From contig JAHCIT010000012.1 of assembly GCA_026129095.1 (NCBI GenBank), forward strand, positions 1 to 64,000: DNA of 64,000 nt, given 5' to 3'. The position numbers were made by a program, and so were the translations under genes. The notes below the pieces were generated by a model. It saw only the letters and a program-made list of their open reading frames with translations, had not been told where the DNA came from and made no database searches. The stretch is from Deltaproteobacteria bacterium (GTDB lineage: Bacteria; JAGRBM01; JAHCIT01). Below, in pieces: positions 10,395 to 20,471 of this stretch; position 1 is the first letter of the stretch; each line of letters starts with the position of its first letter.

Positions 10395-12145
10395 GTATGC
10401 AGGAAGCGGGACTTCGTGAATCTCTGGAACTGGTGCAAGGGCGCCTGAGGGCGGCTGGCATGGCTGGCCGTGCGCTGGCACGCACGATTGCCGGAGAGAT
10501 TCGTGAAGGGACGCTCGCCGGGACCGTCCGGGAAACCATCCGGTCGAAACGGCTCGCTTTTGCCGGAGAGAGCACATACTCGGAGCTTCTGGAAAAAAGG
10601 GCGGCCGAAGATCCGGATGCCGTGTTTCTACGGTTCGGAAACCAGCAGATAACCCGGAACTCCCTGAACTGCCATGCGAACGGTGTCGCCAATGGTCTGC
10701 GGGACATGGGCGCGCTGGCGGGCGAAAACGCCGCCATTCTTTGCCCCAACTGTCCGGAATACCTGTATGTGTTTTTCGGACTCCAGAAACTCGGAATGGG
10801 CGCGGTCCCGGTCAATACCGCGCTTGTCGGAGACGGGCTGACATATGTGATCGACAATTCCGAGTCGAAATACCTCTTTGTGCATGAGGCGAACCTGCCA
10901 CAGGTGATGGCCATTCGTGACCGGCTTCCCAGACTGAAGGATATTGTCATCATTCCGGGCAACCTCCGGACAGCGCCAGAACTGGCTTCCGCGCCGCGGC
11001 TGATGCCGCGCCTGGACGAGTTCTTTGCTTCCTGTTGCGAACGGCCGTTTGAGGGCTACGGAGCCAATCCCGACGACGTGGCACTGATTCTTTACACATC
11101 GGGGACGACGGGGCTCCCCAAGGGTGTCGTCTACCGGTACCGCGACTCGAACGTGAAGCTGATGCGGCTTCTGGCGAATCTGCTCTACAGCGAAAAGGAC
11201 ATCCTCTACACCTGTCTGCCGCTGTTCCATGCAAATGCGCTGCTTCTGTCGACCATGCAGGCCCTGAATGCCGGTGCCCAGCTCGCACTGGGAACCCGGT
11301 TCAGCGCAAGCCGTTTCTGGCGGGAAGTGGCCCATTACAAGGCGACAACTTTCAACACGCTGGGGGCGATGATTCCGATCCTGCTGAAGCAGCCGCCATC
11401 GGAAGATGACTGGAGGCACAGGGTAAATCTGGTCGTCAGTGCGGCTTGTCCCGCCGACGCATGGCGTCCGTTCGAACGCCGCTTCGGGGTCCGGCTGGTA
11501 GAAGCCTATGCAGCAGTCGATGGAGGCGGATTCCTGACGCTGAACATGGGAAATGCGCCTGTTGGCTCCATCGGGAAGCCGCTGGGCGGAGCCAGATACC
11601 GGCTTCTTGCAGAAGACGGACGAGAGGCGGTTCCGGGCGAGCCGGGCGAGCTGGTGGTCTCCATGAGCGGGAAAACTTCCCGGAAGGTCGAATACTTCCG
11701 CAACGAGGATGCCACGCGGCAGAAAACCCGCGACGGATGGCTGCATACCGGTGATCTGCTCTACCGCGACCGGCGCGGGTACCTCTACTTCGTTGGCCGC
11801 AATACCGATTCGATGCGCCGGCGGGGGGAGAACGTCTCCGCCTACGAGGTCGAAAGCATCCTGTCGAAACATCCGGACGTTCTGGAATGTGCCGTATTCG
11901 GTGTTCCGTCCGAGCTGGGCGAGCACGACATCATGGCGGTGGTGGTTCCGATCGAGGGGCGGGCACCTGCCCCGGCAGAGATACGGGCGTTCATGACGGA
12001 CAAGATCGCCCGGTATGCGCTTCCCCGGTACATCGAGATCGTTCCCGAACTTCCCAAGACCGAAACCCACCGGGTCCAGAAGAATGTCCTGAAGGCCAGG
12101 GGCGTAACGGCAGCAACCTGGGATGCAGAGAAGGCGGCCGCATGA
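10391..12145 (+). CDS. Acyl-CoA synthetase (CaiC/crotonobetaine-CoA ligase-like)
   Basis: YTSGTTGLPKG AMP-binding motif, LPLFHANA, WLHTGD, RRRGENVS and LPKTET. Confidence 0.9.
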   Translation: MSMQEAGLRESLELVQGRLRAAGMAGRALARTIAGEIREGTLAGTVRETIRSKRLAFAGESTYSELLEKRAAEDPDAVFLRFGNQQITRNSLNCHANGVANGLRDMGALAGENAAILCPNCPEYLYVFFGLQKLGMGAVPVNTALVGDGLTYVIDNSESKYLFVHEANLPQVMAIRDRLPRLKDIVIIPGNLRTAPELASAPRLMPRLDEFFASCCERPFEGYGANPDDVALILYTSGTTGLPKGVVYRYRDSNVKLMRLLANLLYSEKDILYTCLPLFHANALLLSTMQALNAGAQLALGTRFSASRFWREVAHYKATTFNTLGAMIPILLKQPPSEDDWRHRVNLVVSAACPADAWRPFERRFGVRLVEAYAAVDGGGFLTLNMGNAPVGSIGKPLGGARYRLLAEDGREAVPGEPGELVVSMSGKTSRKVEYFRNEDATRQKTRDGWLHTGDLLYRDRRGYLYFVGRNTDSMRRRGENVSAYEVESILSKHPDVLECAVFGVPSELGEHDIMAVVVPIEGRAPAPAEIRAFMTDKIARYALPRYIEIVPELPKTETHRVQKNVLKARGVTAATWDAEKAAA

Positions 12146-12169
12146 ATATGACGGCAAGGAGAGACGGCT

Positions 12170-13615
12170 ATGAGCAGCAAGACTGACCGCTCCGGCGTTC
12201 CGGGTCATCTGGGTTTCGACGAGATGTTCCCCACACTTGTCTACCTTCGCAAGTACAGGCCGAAGGCCATTGCCGAGATCGAAGAGGTTTTCGAGAAGGC
12301 CCGGCGGTTTCGCAGGTTGTATATCGACCCGAATGCTCTCCGTATTGACCGTGCGGTCATGAATGATCCGCACTACATCGCCAGGGATCTGGTCCGTTAT
12401 ACCGCGAATGACCGGTTCTTCACGATCATGGTGCCTAAAATGTTCGGCGGAGTGGGCTACTCCTTCGGCGCCATGATGATCGGGATGGAAGAACTGGCGG
12501 CGGGTTGTCTGGGTATTGCCAACCTGATGGGGGTGCATGGCCTTGCGCTCTCGACGGTGGCGGCGACGGGCGATCTGGGACACATGGAAACGATCTGCCG
12601 GGAACTGTCCGAAAGCGAAAGATCCGGGGATCCCGCGCTGCTTTCGACGGCGATTACCGAGCCCAGCGCCGGGACCGACGTCGAGGATATAGAGCTGCTG
12701 CGCAAGGCGCGGCTTGCCTGTGAGGCCACTCCGGTCAAGGGCGGCTACAGGCTGAACGGGCGCAAGGTCTTCATCAGCAACGGCAGCATCGCCCGGACGC
12801 ATATCGTCATCATGGTGACCGACCGGAAGAAACCGGCCGAATCGATGTGGACGTTCAGGGTGGACAGCGGGACTCCGGGTTTTTCGATCGGCCGTGTTGA
12901 ACGGAAGATGGGCCAGAAGGCCTGCCCGGCGGCAGAGCTTGTGTTCGAGGACTGCTTTGTTCCTGAGAAAAACCGGATCGGTGCCCGGCCGGTGGCGGGT
13001 CGTGGCGTTGACATGGTTCTGGGGGCGACCCGGGGCGCTGTCGGTGTGTTCGGAACCGGAGTCGCCCGCGGTGCCTATGAGCGGGCGCTGGCTTACGCCC
13101 GGACGCACAAAATCCACGGCCGGTGGCTGATCGACGAGCAGTGGGTACAGTTCCGGCTGACCGACATGCATCGCAACGTGATGATGGGCCGGGCGGCATA
13201 CATCGAGGCAATGCTCTCGAACGAACTGTTCGGGCTTTCGTCGCTCATCTCTGCGGCGCCAGCGGCGCAGGAAATCATGAAGAAACTTCCCGGCGTGGTA
13301 TTCGATAATCCGGTGACAAAGGCGTTTACCCATGACCCGCGAGTCCGGGCGGCTGTCTGGAAACGGATTTCCGGCATACCCGAGTGGCAGTCCTCGGCCG
13401 CGTGCGCGTATGGCGAGGCGTCCAAGGTGCTGGGCACGGACGTGGGAATGCTCAACTGCGGCATGGCGGTCGACATCATGGGTGCCGATGGCCTGCGGCA
13501 CGACCGTGGAATGGAGAAGCTGTACCGGGACGCGAAGTTGCTCCAGATCTACGAGGGGACAAACCAGCTCAACAGGATCGAGATATACAAGCACGCGGCT
13601 AGCCGGGCGGCCTGA
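12170..13615 (+). CDS. Acyl-CoA dehydrogenase with intact catalytic motifs
   Basis: TEPSAGTD, LNGRKVFISNG, KMG and RDAKLLQIYEGTNQ (catalytic Glu present). Confidence 0.9.
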   Translation: MSSKTDRSGVPGHLGFDEMFPTLVYLRKYRPKAIAEIEEVFEKARRFRRLYIDPNALRIDRAVMNDPHYIARDLVRYTANDRFFTIMVPKMFGGVGYSFGAMMIGMEELAAGCLGIANLMGVHGLALSTVAATGDLGHMETICRELSESERSGDPALLSTAITEPSAGTDVEDIELLRKARLACEATPVKGGYRLNGRKVFISNGSIARTHIVIMVTDRKKPAESMWTFRVDSGTPGFSIGRVERKMGQKACPAAELVFEDCFVPEKNRIGARPVAGRGVDMVLGATRGAVGVFGTGVARGAYERALAYARTHKIHGRWLIDEQWVQFRLTDMHRNVMMGRAAYIEAMLSNELFGLSSLISAAPAAQEIMKKLPGVVFDNPVTKAFTHDPRVRAAVWKRISGIPEWQSSAACAYGEASKVLGTDVGMLNCGMAVDIMGADGLRHDRGMEKLYRDAKLLQIYEGTNQLNRIEIYKHAASRAA

Positions 13616-13635
13616 ACAGTGAGGAGAGCGGCATC

Positions 13636-14760
13636 ATGAGAACCGTCAGGAATGAAGACAGTCAGATGATCCAGTCGAGCGTGGCCCGGTTCGCGGAGCA
13701 GTCGGTCGTTCCGGGCATCGAGGATCTGAACCACTTTCCCGACCATCCGATGCCGGATGGCCTCGTTGAGGGACTGGACAGCCTCGGTCTGTTCGATCTG
13801 CTTCTCCATACGGAGATGGGAGGCGGTGGAGCCAGCATTGATACGCTGAATGTGGTGCTGGAGACGCTGGCCGAGAAGGTGGCCGCACCGGCGGGAATCC
13901 TGTTCGCACACAGCTTTGCACAGCATGCCGTTATCCAGTCCGGAAACATAAGGGCCGCAAACCGGCTGGTCCGCAAGAAGGGGAAGGCCGCTCCGGTGAT
14001 CCTGGCGTATCCGGTGTTCTCCGAGATTGACAGCGCGGTGGTGACTGCCGGGCGGCAGGGGTCGGATCTTGTCCTGAGTGGCAAGCTGGAGTTTGTCGTC
14101 AATGCGCCGATCGCGTCTCTGCTGCTGGTGCCGGTCCGCGAGGAAGACAGCGGCCAGGTCTCGCTCTGTCTCCTTGATCTGGCCGCCGATGGCATCAGGG
14201 TAGGCGAGACACTCCTCACTTTGGGGCTGCGCGGTTGCCCGGCGGCCGATATCGAGTTTCGCGGACTTGTAATTCCGCCCTCTTCCGTTGTGACGTCCGG
14301 TGATGGCCTGGATCTCCTGAAAAAAACGGCCCGGAGTTTCCGGGGCCCCGCCGCCGCCATGGCTGCCGGGGTCGTCGCATGCTCGATCCACCGGGCCAGA
14401 ACTTACGCCGAGGAACGGTACCAGGGTGGACGCAACATCATCGATTACCAGCAGGTCCGGGCAATGCTGGCCGACATGCTCAGCGACTATGCCACCTGCT
14501 GCGAAGCCGCCGACCGGCTCTCGAACGGCGGTCAGTTCACGGAAACGGAAAGCGCACTGATGTTCATCCGCGCCAAGGAGGGAGCGGCGCGGGCCACAAT
14601 CGACGGCGTACAGCTTCTTGGCGGTTATGGATACATGGAAGATTACGGGCAGGAACGATGCATGCGGGATGCCAAGCAGATCCAGTTCCTGCTTGGACGC
14701 TGCGATCCGCTGCGGCAGGAGCTTGTCGGGGACTGGCTGGGGCGGGAAGGCGCGCTTTGA
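13636..14760 (+). CDS. Acyl-CoA dehydrogenase family protein with degenerate active site
   Basis: ACAD fold motifs (LSGK, TLGLRG, YAEERYQGG, QLLGGYGY, RDAK) are present, but TEPxxGSD and YEG are absent. Confidence 0.8.
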   Translation: MRTVRNEDSQMIQSSVARFAEQSVVPGIEDLNHFPDHPMPDGLVEGLDSLGLFDLLLHTEMGGGGASIDTLNVVLETLAEKVAAPAGILFAHSFAQHAVIQSGNIRAANRLVRKKGKAAPVILAYPVFSEIDSAVVTAGRQGSDLVLSGKLEFVVNAPIASLLLVPVREEDSGQVSLCLLDLAADGIRVGETLLTLGLRGCPAADIEFRGLVIPPSSVVTSGDGLDLLKKTARSFRGPAAAMAAGVVACSIHRARTYAEERYQGGRNIIDYQQVRAMLADMLSDYATCCEAADRLSNGGQFTETESALMFIRAKEGAARATIDGVQLLGGYGYMEDYGQERCMRDAKQIQFLLGRCDPLRQELVGDWLGREGAL

Positions 14761-14792
14761 TGACCTGACGCTGATACTGAAGGAGTCTTGCG

Positions 14793-15827
14793 ATGGAAAT
14801 ACAGGACCGACTCGGAAACGCCCACTTCCCACCTACGCGCTTCGCGCAGTTCGTGGTCGACCCGGACCGGTGCAAGGCCTGCGGCAAGTGTGTCGCCACC
14901 TGCCCCGGGCAGATACTGGAACTGAGGGAAAAGCTCCCCGTGGATACATTCGCGGCGTCCGGGGGGCCGTTCGGATGTATCGGCTGCAATAACTGCTATG
15001 CGGTTTGCCCGGATGAGGCGATCGAGATACGCGGGCAGTACCGCGTGAAAAGCGGGTTTTACAAGACGCTGCTCAGGGAGCCGGCTCTGCCTAATCCGTT
15101 CCGTTCGGAAAAGGCGCCTGTGTTCGACAGCATCGCGGGCGATCTTACCGAGGTGGAGCGGGTGATCTACCGCCGCAGGAGCAACCGCCTTTTCTCGAAA
15201 AAGCCGGTGCCCGAGGAAACCCTGCACCGGGTGCTGGAGGCGGGCCGCTTCGCACCTTCGGGAGGAAACTGCCAGCCGTGGAGCTTCATCGTCATATCGG
15301 ATCGTGACCTGCTCGACCGTATCGGCGAGCAGTGCAAGAAAAGTCTCAAGGCACTTCCGGCACTCTACAAGAACAGGAACGGCCGTCCGGAACCGGTCCG
15401 AAAGATCGGTATAAACCTGTTCAGCCGCATTGCCCCCAGTTTCTTTGACCAGCGCGTCATCGCCGGAAGCGACACTGTCGCCAACAATGAAAAATGGGAT
15501 ACCTTCCTGCACGCCCCCTCACTCATCATCGTGCTGGCCGATACCCGCGGCATCGGCGATCCAATGCTCGACTGCTCCCTGGCAGCCCACAACATGGTGC
15601 TGACGGCACATTCGCTGGGGCTGGGATCCTGCTACGTCGGATTCATCAAGGCGGTGCAGTTCATCCCCTCGCTCAAGCGCGAGCTGGGCATCGAATGGCC
15701 TTACAAGATCATCACGTCAATCGCCCTGGGTTACCCGAGAACGCGGACCGACAAGGCTGTTGCCCGCGAGCGGCCACCCATCACCTGGTTCCCTGCCAAC
15801 CGCAGCGGACCGATCACAGAGGAGTGA
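14793..15827 (+). CDS. 4Fe-4S ferredoxin - nitroreductase fusion
   Basis: CKACGKCVATCP and CIGCNNCYAVCP, followed by nitroreductase motifs RRSNR, APSGGNCQPW and SLGLGSC. Confidence 0.88.
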   Translation: MEIQDRLGNAHFPPTRFAQFVVDPDRCKACGKCVATCPGQILELREKLPVDTFAASGGPFGCIGCNNCYAVCPDEAIEIRGQYRVKSGFYKTLLREPALPNPFRSEKAPVFDSIAGDLTEVERVIYRRRSNRLFSKKPVPEETLHRVLEAGRFAPSGGNCQPWSFIVISDRDLLDRIGEQCKKSLKALPALYKNRNGRPEPVRKIGINLFSRIAPSFFDQRVIAGSDTVANNEKWDTFLHAPSLIIVLADTRGIGDPMLDCSLAAHNMVLTAHSLGLGSCYVGFIKAVQFIPSLKRELGIEWPYKIITSIALGYPRTRTDKAVARERPPITWFPANRSGPITEE

Positions 15828-15832
15828 CACAC

Positions 15833-16777
15833 ATGACGGACATTTTCCCCGGTTATGGCTTCGAGTCGCATTATGTCGAAATCGACGGGCACCGGATCCA
15901 TTACGTTGACGAAGGACAGGGCGAAGTCCTCCTGATGGTCCACGGAAATCCCACCTGGTCGTATCTCTACAGGCATTTCATATCGGGCCTGAAGGACAGT
16001 TACCGGTGCATCGCCCTCGATCATCTGGGTTTCGGGTATTCCGGGAAACCCAAGTGGGCCGACTACAGCATGCGTGCCCACATCATGCGGCTGGATTCGT
16101 TCATCAGCAAACTGGGCCTGAAGGATATCACGCTGGTCGTTCAGGATTGGGGTGGGATCATCGGCCTCAGCTGGGCCGCACGGCACAAGGAACTGGTCAA
16201 GAGGCTTGTGGTCATGAATACGGCCGCGTTTCTTCCCAGGCAGCCGCTGGAACTGCTGCGGATGAAGCCTGTGCCCTGGGGCTTTCCCCTCCTGTGGTCG
16301 CTGAAAATACCGGTCCTGGGGGAACTGTTCGTTCAGGGACTGAACGGGTTTGCCCGGTTCATGGTTCCTCTTGGGACCAGCCACCGGGAACGGCTGACGC
16401 CGGAAGTCATGGCCGGCTACCTGGATCCGTATCCGACCTGGAAGTCCCGCAAGGCGCATCTGGAAAGTGTCCGGCAGATCCCGATACTTCCCAGCCATCC
16501 CACCTGGCAGCTTCTGCAGGAAACGGGGCAGGAGATCAGCGGATGGGAAGTCCCCGCCCAGATCATCTGGGGAATGAAGGATCCGGTCTTCGTTCCGTGG
16601 TTCCTGGAGGAGTTTGAAAGGCGTTTGCCGAACCATGCACCGACCCTGAAGATTGGCGACGCAAGCCATTTTCTCCAGGACGATACCCCCGGGATCATTG
16701 TTGCCAGAATCCGGGAGTTCCTCGGGCAGCGGGAGGATCCCGGCATGAAATCACGCAGACTGCACGCAGTCATCTGA
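15833..16777 (+). CDS. Alpha/beta hydrolase, haloalkane dehalogenase / OleB (beta-lactone decarboxylase) family
   Basis: HGNPTWSYLY, GFGYSGK, QDWGG nucleophile elbow, WGMKD and HFLQDD. The ATG at 15833 follows a GGAG RBS. Confidence 0.85.
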   Translation: MTDIFPGYGFESHYVEIDGHRIHYVDEGQGEVLLMVHGNPTWSYLYRHFISGLKDSYRCIALDHLGFGYSGKPKWADYSMRAHIMRLDSFISKLGLKDITLVVQDWGGIIGLSWAARHKELVKRLVVMNTAAFLPRQPLELLRMKPVPWGFPLLWSLKIPVLGELFVQGLNGFARFMVPLGTSHRERLTPEVMAGYLDPYPTWKSRKAHLESVRQIPILPSHPTWQLLQETGQEISGWEVPAQIIWGMKDPVFVPWFLEEFERRLPNHAPTLKIGDASHFLQDDTPGIIVARIREFLGQREDPGMKSRRLHAVI

Positions 16778-16815
16778 ACCGGAAGGTCCTGGACCTTCCT
16801 TAAGGAGTTGTTTCG

Positions 16816-18615
16816 ATGGAAAAAGTACTGTTCATCAACCCGTACGGACCGTTCAACCTCGCCTGGGGCCGGGACATGATGGACCTGCTGCAGTCGCGTC
16901 TCGCGCGCGGGCACGGCATCTTCAACATGACCTCCCACATGCATACCTTCGCGCTGTACCTGCTGGCGGAGAATGTCGACAACCCCAGCACCGTTCTGGA
17001 GCATCCGCACTGGGACGAGTTCATTGACGAGATCCGGAAGGGATACGACTACATCGCCATCCAGCTCAAGAGCGTCCATACGCCAAAGGTTGTCAAAATG
17101 ATCAAGGCGATCCGCAAGGAGGCGCCAAAGTCCAAGATCGTCGTTGGCGGATATGGCGTTTCATCGCTTTTCGTCAAGATGCCCGGCGACAAGGACCAGG
17201 ACGGCGAGTTCATCCGCGAGAACGCCGATTTCCTCTGCCGTGAAGAGGGGATCAAGTTCATGCGGCGGCTTCTGAAGAATGACCCGATAGTGAAAAAGGT
17301 CAACCAGTATCACATGCCCACCTGCGGATTTGCCCTGGCTGGTTTCCCGAATGCCCACCTGCGGCTGCCGGCTTTCCTGGTATCGCTGGGTTGCCCGGCA
17401 GGATGCGACTTCTGCAACACATCGGCTTTCTTCCACCAGAAGAAGATATATATCGCCGAACCCGCGCAGATATATGACTTCATGAAGCATTACCAGAAGA
17501 AGCTGAACTCGGAGAACCTGAACGTGATTCTCTTTGACGAGGACATGTTCCTGAACCCCGAATACGTGCGGGAACTGGGCCGGCTGATCCGGTCTGACCG
17601 CAAGACATGGGGAATCCGGTGGTTCTCCTTCGGCTCGGTGCGGGCCCTGTCCCACTATGAGCCGGAAGAGCTGCGGGAGTGCGGTGTCGGAGCCATCTGG
17701 GTCGGTGTCGAATCGAGCCTGTGCGAGCAGAACAAGGACGAGATGAACCTCGCCAAGAGGGAAGGCGCGAAGAAGCCGCCTGAGGTCATAGACGGCCTCC
17801 AGCGGAACGGCATCGAGGTGATTGCGTCGTCTATCCTGGGATTCGACTTTCACACCCGTGATAACATCGAGCAGGACATTGACTACTTCGTCAACCTCAA
17901 GCCGACGTTCTACCAGATTGGTCCGCTCACACCCTGTCCCGGTACCAAGCTGTTCGAGAGGATGATGGCCGAAAACCGGGTGCTGGATCACTATAACTAT
18001 ACGGACTTCCATCTCTGGAAAGACAACGTGTACCAGCTCGCGCACTTCGAGGCCGGGGAGATGAAGAAGTATTTCGACATCGCCCACGAAAAACTCCGCA
18101 CCCGGAACGGCCCGCCACTGATACAGATATTCGAATCAAACCTCCGGGCGTACGAGAACCTGAAGAACCAGAAGAGCGACTTCCTGCGCCACCAGGCGGA
18201 ACTCTCCCGGCAGCGGGCCCAGAGCCTGACGCCGTTCATGAAGTCCGTGGCCCACCACGCCCCGTCTCCCGAAGTTCACAAGCGGGTGCGTGACCTGCTG
18301 GCAGCTGCGGAAAAGTCCTTTGGTCCCGAACCGCTGGCGGCTCGCGGGATCAAGAAGATCGTCGAGGCCGTTTATGACTGGCGAATGGACCGTGTCGAGG
18401 CGCAAGGCGAAGAGGTCAGGGAGTCCGATCCGCCACCGCGCTGGACCTACTATAACGAGGGCCCGGTGAAGAAGCCGGTTGTCAGGCGCGGCCGTGATGC
18501 CAGGCCGACCTCCCGGCCATACGCAAGGGATTTCGGTGGCCTGTCGCTCGGTGCTGTCCGCGTGGATTTTCCCCGGCCGGCTGAAATCGCCCGCCGGGTG
18601 GGCCTGCGGCCATGA
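16816..18615 (+). CDS. Radical SAM protein with N-terminal B12-binding-like domain
   Basis: CPAGCDFC (CxxxCxxC), upstream IVVGGYG, then DED, GVES and PCPGT. Confidence 0.85.
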   Translation: MEKVLFINPYGPFNLAWGRDMMDLLQSRLARGHGIFNMTSHMHTFALYLLAENVDNPSTVLEHPHWDEFIDEIRKGYDYIAIQLKSVHTPKVVKMIKAIRKEAPKSKIVVGGYGVSSLFVKMPGDKDQDGEFIRENADFLCREEGIKFMRRLLKNDPIVKKVNQYHMPTCGFALAGFPNAHLRLPAFLVSLGCPAGCDFCNTSAFFHQKKIYIAEPAQIYDFMKHYQKKLNSENLNVILFDEDMFLNPEYVRELGRLIRSDRKTWGIRWFSFGSVRALSHYEPEELRECGVGAIWVGVESSLCEQNKDEMNLAKREGAKKPPEVIDGLQRNGIEVIASSILGFDFHTRDNIEQDIDYFVNLKPTFYQIGPLTPCPGTKLFERMMAENRVLDHYNYTDFHLWKDNVYQLAHFEAGEMKKYFDIAHEKLRTRNGPPLIQIFESNLRAYENLKNQKSDFLRHQAELSRQRAQSLTPFMKSVAHHAPSPEVHKRVRDLLAAAEKSFGPEPLAARGIKKIVEAVYDWRMDRVEAQGEEVRESDPPPRWTYYNEGPVKKPVVRRGRDARPTSRPYARDFGGLSLGAVRVDFPRPAEIARRVGLRP

Positions 18616-19082
18616 AACTCGCCAGCACGGCGTTTGGCGACAAGGCCCGAATCCCAGCGGTTCATACCCGGACCGGCGGGCAGCCCGACCGTTCTCCCGA
18701 ACTGGTTTGGACAGGGGCTCCCGCCGGTACCCGGAGCTTTGCGCTGCTGTGCATTGATCCGCATCCGGTGGCCCGGAACTGGGTTCACTGGATCATTTTC
18801 GATATCCCGCCCGCTGCCGGGGGACTAAAGGCCGGACAGCCCTGTACGGAACGGCTTCCGGATGGCTCCCGGCAGGGCCGTAACGGTTACGGGGATATCG
18901 GGTGGGGAGGCCCCCAGCCACCCCCGGGAACAGGCGATCATCCGTACGAGTTCACGCTGTATGCGCTTGATGCAGACAGGCTCGACGTCAAGGCGACGGC
19001 CCCGTCCGTGGAGGAAGTGCGGAAATCCATGCCAAGCCATGTCCTCGGTCAGGCGGCACTGGTTGGCTACTACTCCCAGTAA
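18612..19082 (+). CDS. YbhB/YbcL family (PEBP) protein
   Basis: SPEL.W, DP, WVHW, GP.PP.G and H.Y.F.LYALD motifs. Confidence 0.9.
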   Translation: MKLASTAFGDKARIPAVHTRTGGQPDRSPELVWTGAPAGTRSFALLCIDPHPVARNWVHWIIFDIPPAAGGLKAGQPCTERLPDGSRQGRNGYGDIGWGGPQPPPGTGDHPYEFTLYALDADRLDVKATAPSVEEVRKSMPSHVLGQAALVGYYSQ

Positions 19083-19130
19083 CCCGCCATGAGATGAAAC
19101 TGCAGGGTTTGTGGCCCTGCGAGGTTCCCC

Positions 19131-20471
19131 GTGGAGATCATGTCCCATACCGATGTCGTGGGCCTGTTTGCCGGTTTGGGGCTTCTGCTGCTCTCCACCC
19201 GGTTTCTGGGAAACTGGGCTGAACGGTTCAGGTTGCCATGCGTTTTCGGCGAACTCCTGGCAGGAGTGATACTCGGCCCCACCATCCTGGGGCGCGTCTT
19301 CCCGGATGCGATCCGGATGCTTTTCCCCACGTCAGGACCGCCGGCCGTGGTGTTCAATGCCATTACCATCCTGGGCATTTCTGCATTTCTGCTCCTCTCC
19401 GGGCTTGAGATCGGGCTGACCAGAATCCGCCAGAGGGCGGGGCTGATTCTTGCCGTCAGTGCCGGAGGGTTTCTCGTCCCCTTTGTCACAGGAATCCTGT
19501 CGGCCAGTTTCCTGATGGATCACGCCGGGCCATCGGCGTCACCGTTGATCTTCACGCTGTTTTTCGCGACAGCAATGTCCATCACGGCGTTGCCGGTCAT
19601 CGTCAAGATCCTCAAGGACTTGAAAGCCCTCCAGAATCAGACGGGCGCAGTGGTGATTGCCGCTGCCTCGATCAATGACCTGGGCGGCTGGCTCTTGATT
19701 GCCCTGATCCTGAAGCTGATGCCGGCGGACAAGGTGGCCATATCAGAGGTGGCTGTTACCGGGCTTTCGGTCGTGGCGTTCGTTGCCATCATGCTGACGC
19801 TTGGCCGGATGATTTTCCGGTATGTCCTGGTGCGCCGTGGCGGAGTCCCTCCGGAGCATGGCTCGCTGTTTGTCTATGTGCTCGGACTGGGCTGCCTGTC
19901 GGCGGCCTTCGCGGAATGGCTGGGCGTGCACGCAATCTTTGGCGCGTTTGTCCTGGGGCTGGCTCTTGGCGACCTGCATCATGTCAGGAGCCATGTCGCC
20001 GCCGGGATTGAGCGCTTTGTCACACTTGTCATGGCACCGCTGTTCTTTGGCAGCATCGGGCTTCAGGTTGATTTCGCAGCCAGCTTTGATGGGGGACTGA
20101 TCGTGATGGTGCTGGCACTGGCCAGCGCCGGGAAACTGCTGGGTTCCTATGCCGGAGCCCGGATGGGCGGCCTGGATGCACAGCGTTCCTGGGCGACCGG
20201 ATTTGCCATGAATGCCCGTGGTGCGATGGAGATCGCCGTTGGCACTGTCGCGCTGCGGGCCGGGATCATATCTGGACCGCTTTTTGTCGCGCTGGTCATC
20301 ATGTCGGTTGGAACGTCACTGCTTGCTGCGCTGGCGCTCAAGGTTTTGCTCGTCAATGCCGGAAGTCCAGCCGTTGCGGATATGGAGGCGGACGTCAGGT
20401 ATTCGACGAGTCTTGGTGGCAGCGAGTTTACGGTTTCCGTGGAAGCTGCCGGCTCAGTCCGGCAGATGTAG
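19131..20471 (+). CDS. Cation:proton antiporter (CPA2 family)
   Basis: About 12 TM helices with GELLAGVILGP, TALPV, ND, GAF and MNARG motifs. Confidence 0.88.
   Translation: MEIMSHTDVVGLFAGLGLLLLSTRFLGNWAERFRLPCVFGELLAGVILGPTILGRVFPDAIRMLFPTSGPPAVVFNAITILGISAFLLLSGLEIGLTRIRQRAGLILAVSAGGFLVPFVTGILSASFLMDHAGPSASPLIFTLFFATAMSITALPVIVKILKDLKALQNQTGAVVIAAASINDLGGWLLIALILKLMPADKVAISEVAVTGLSVVAFVAIMLTLGRMIFRYVLVRRGGVPPEHGSLFVYVLGLGCLSAAFAEWLGVHAIFGAFVLGLALGDLHHVRSHVAAGIERFVTLVMAPLFFGSIGLQVDFAASFDGGLIVMVLALASAGKLLGSYAGARMGGLDAQRSWATGFAMNARGAMEIAVGTVALRAGIISGPLFVALVIMSVGTSLLAALALKVLLVNAGSPAVADMEADVRYSTSLGGSEFTVSVEAAGSVRQM

Noticed and set aside
8940-10577. 545-aa minus-strand ORF
   Set aside because: It is the antisense shadow of the thiolase.
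10628-13594. 988-aa minus-strand ORF
   Set aside because: It is the antisense shadow of the CoA ligase and ACAD genes. It has no recognisable motifs, and such shadows are common in GC-rich coding DNA.
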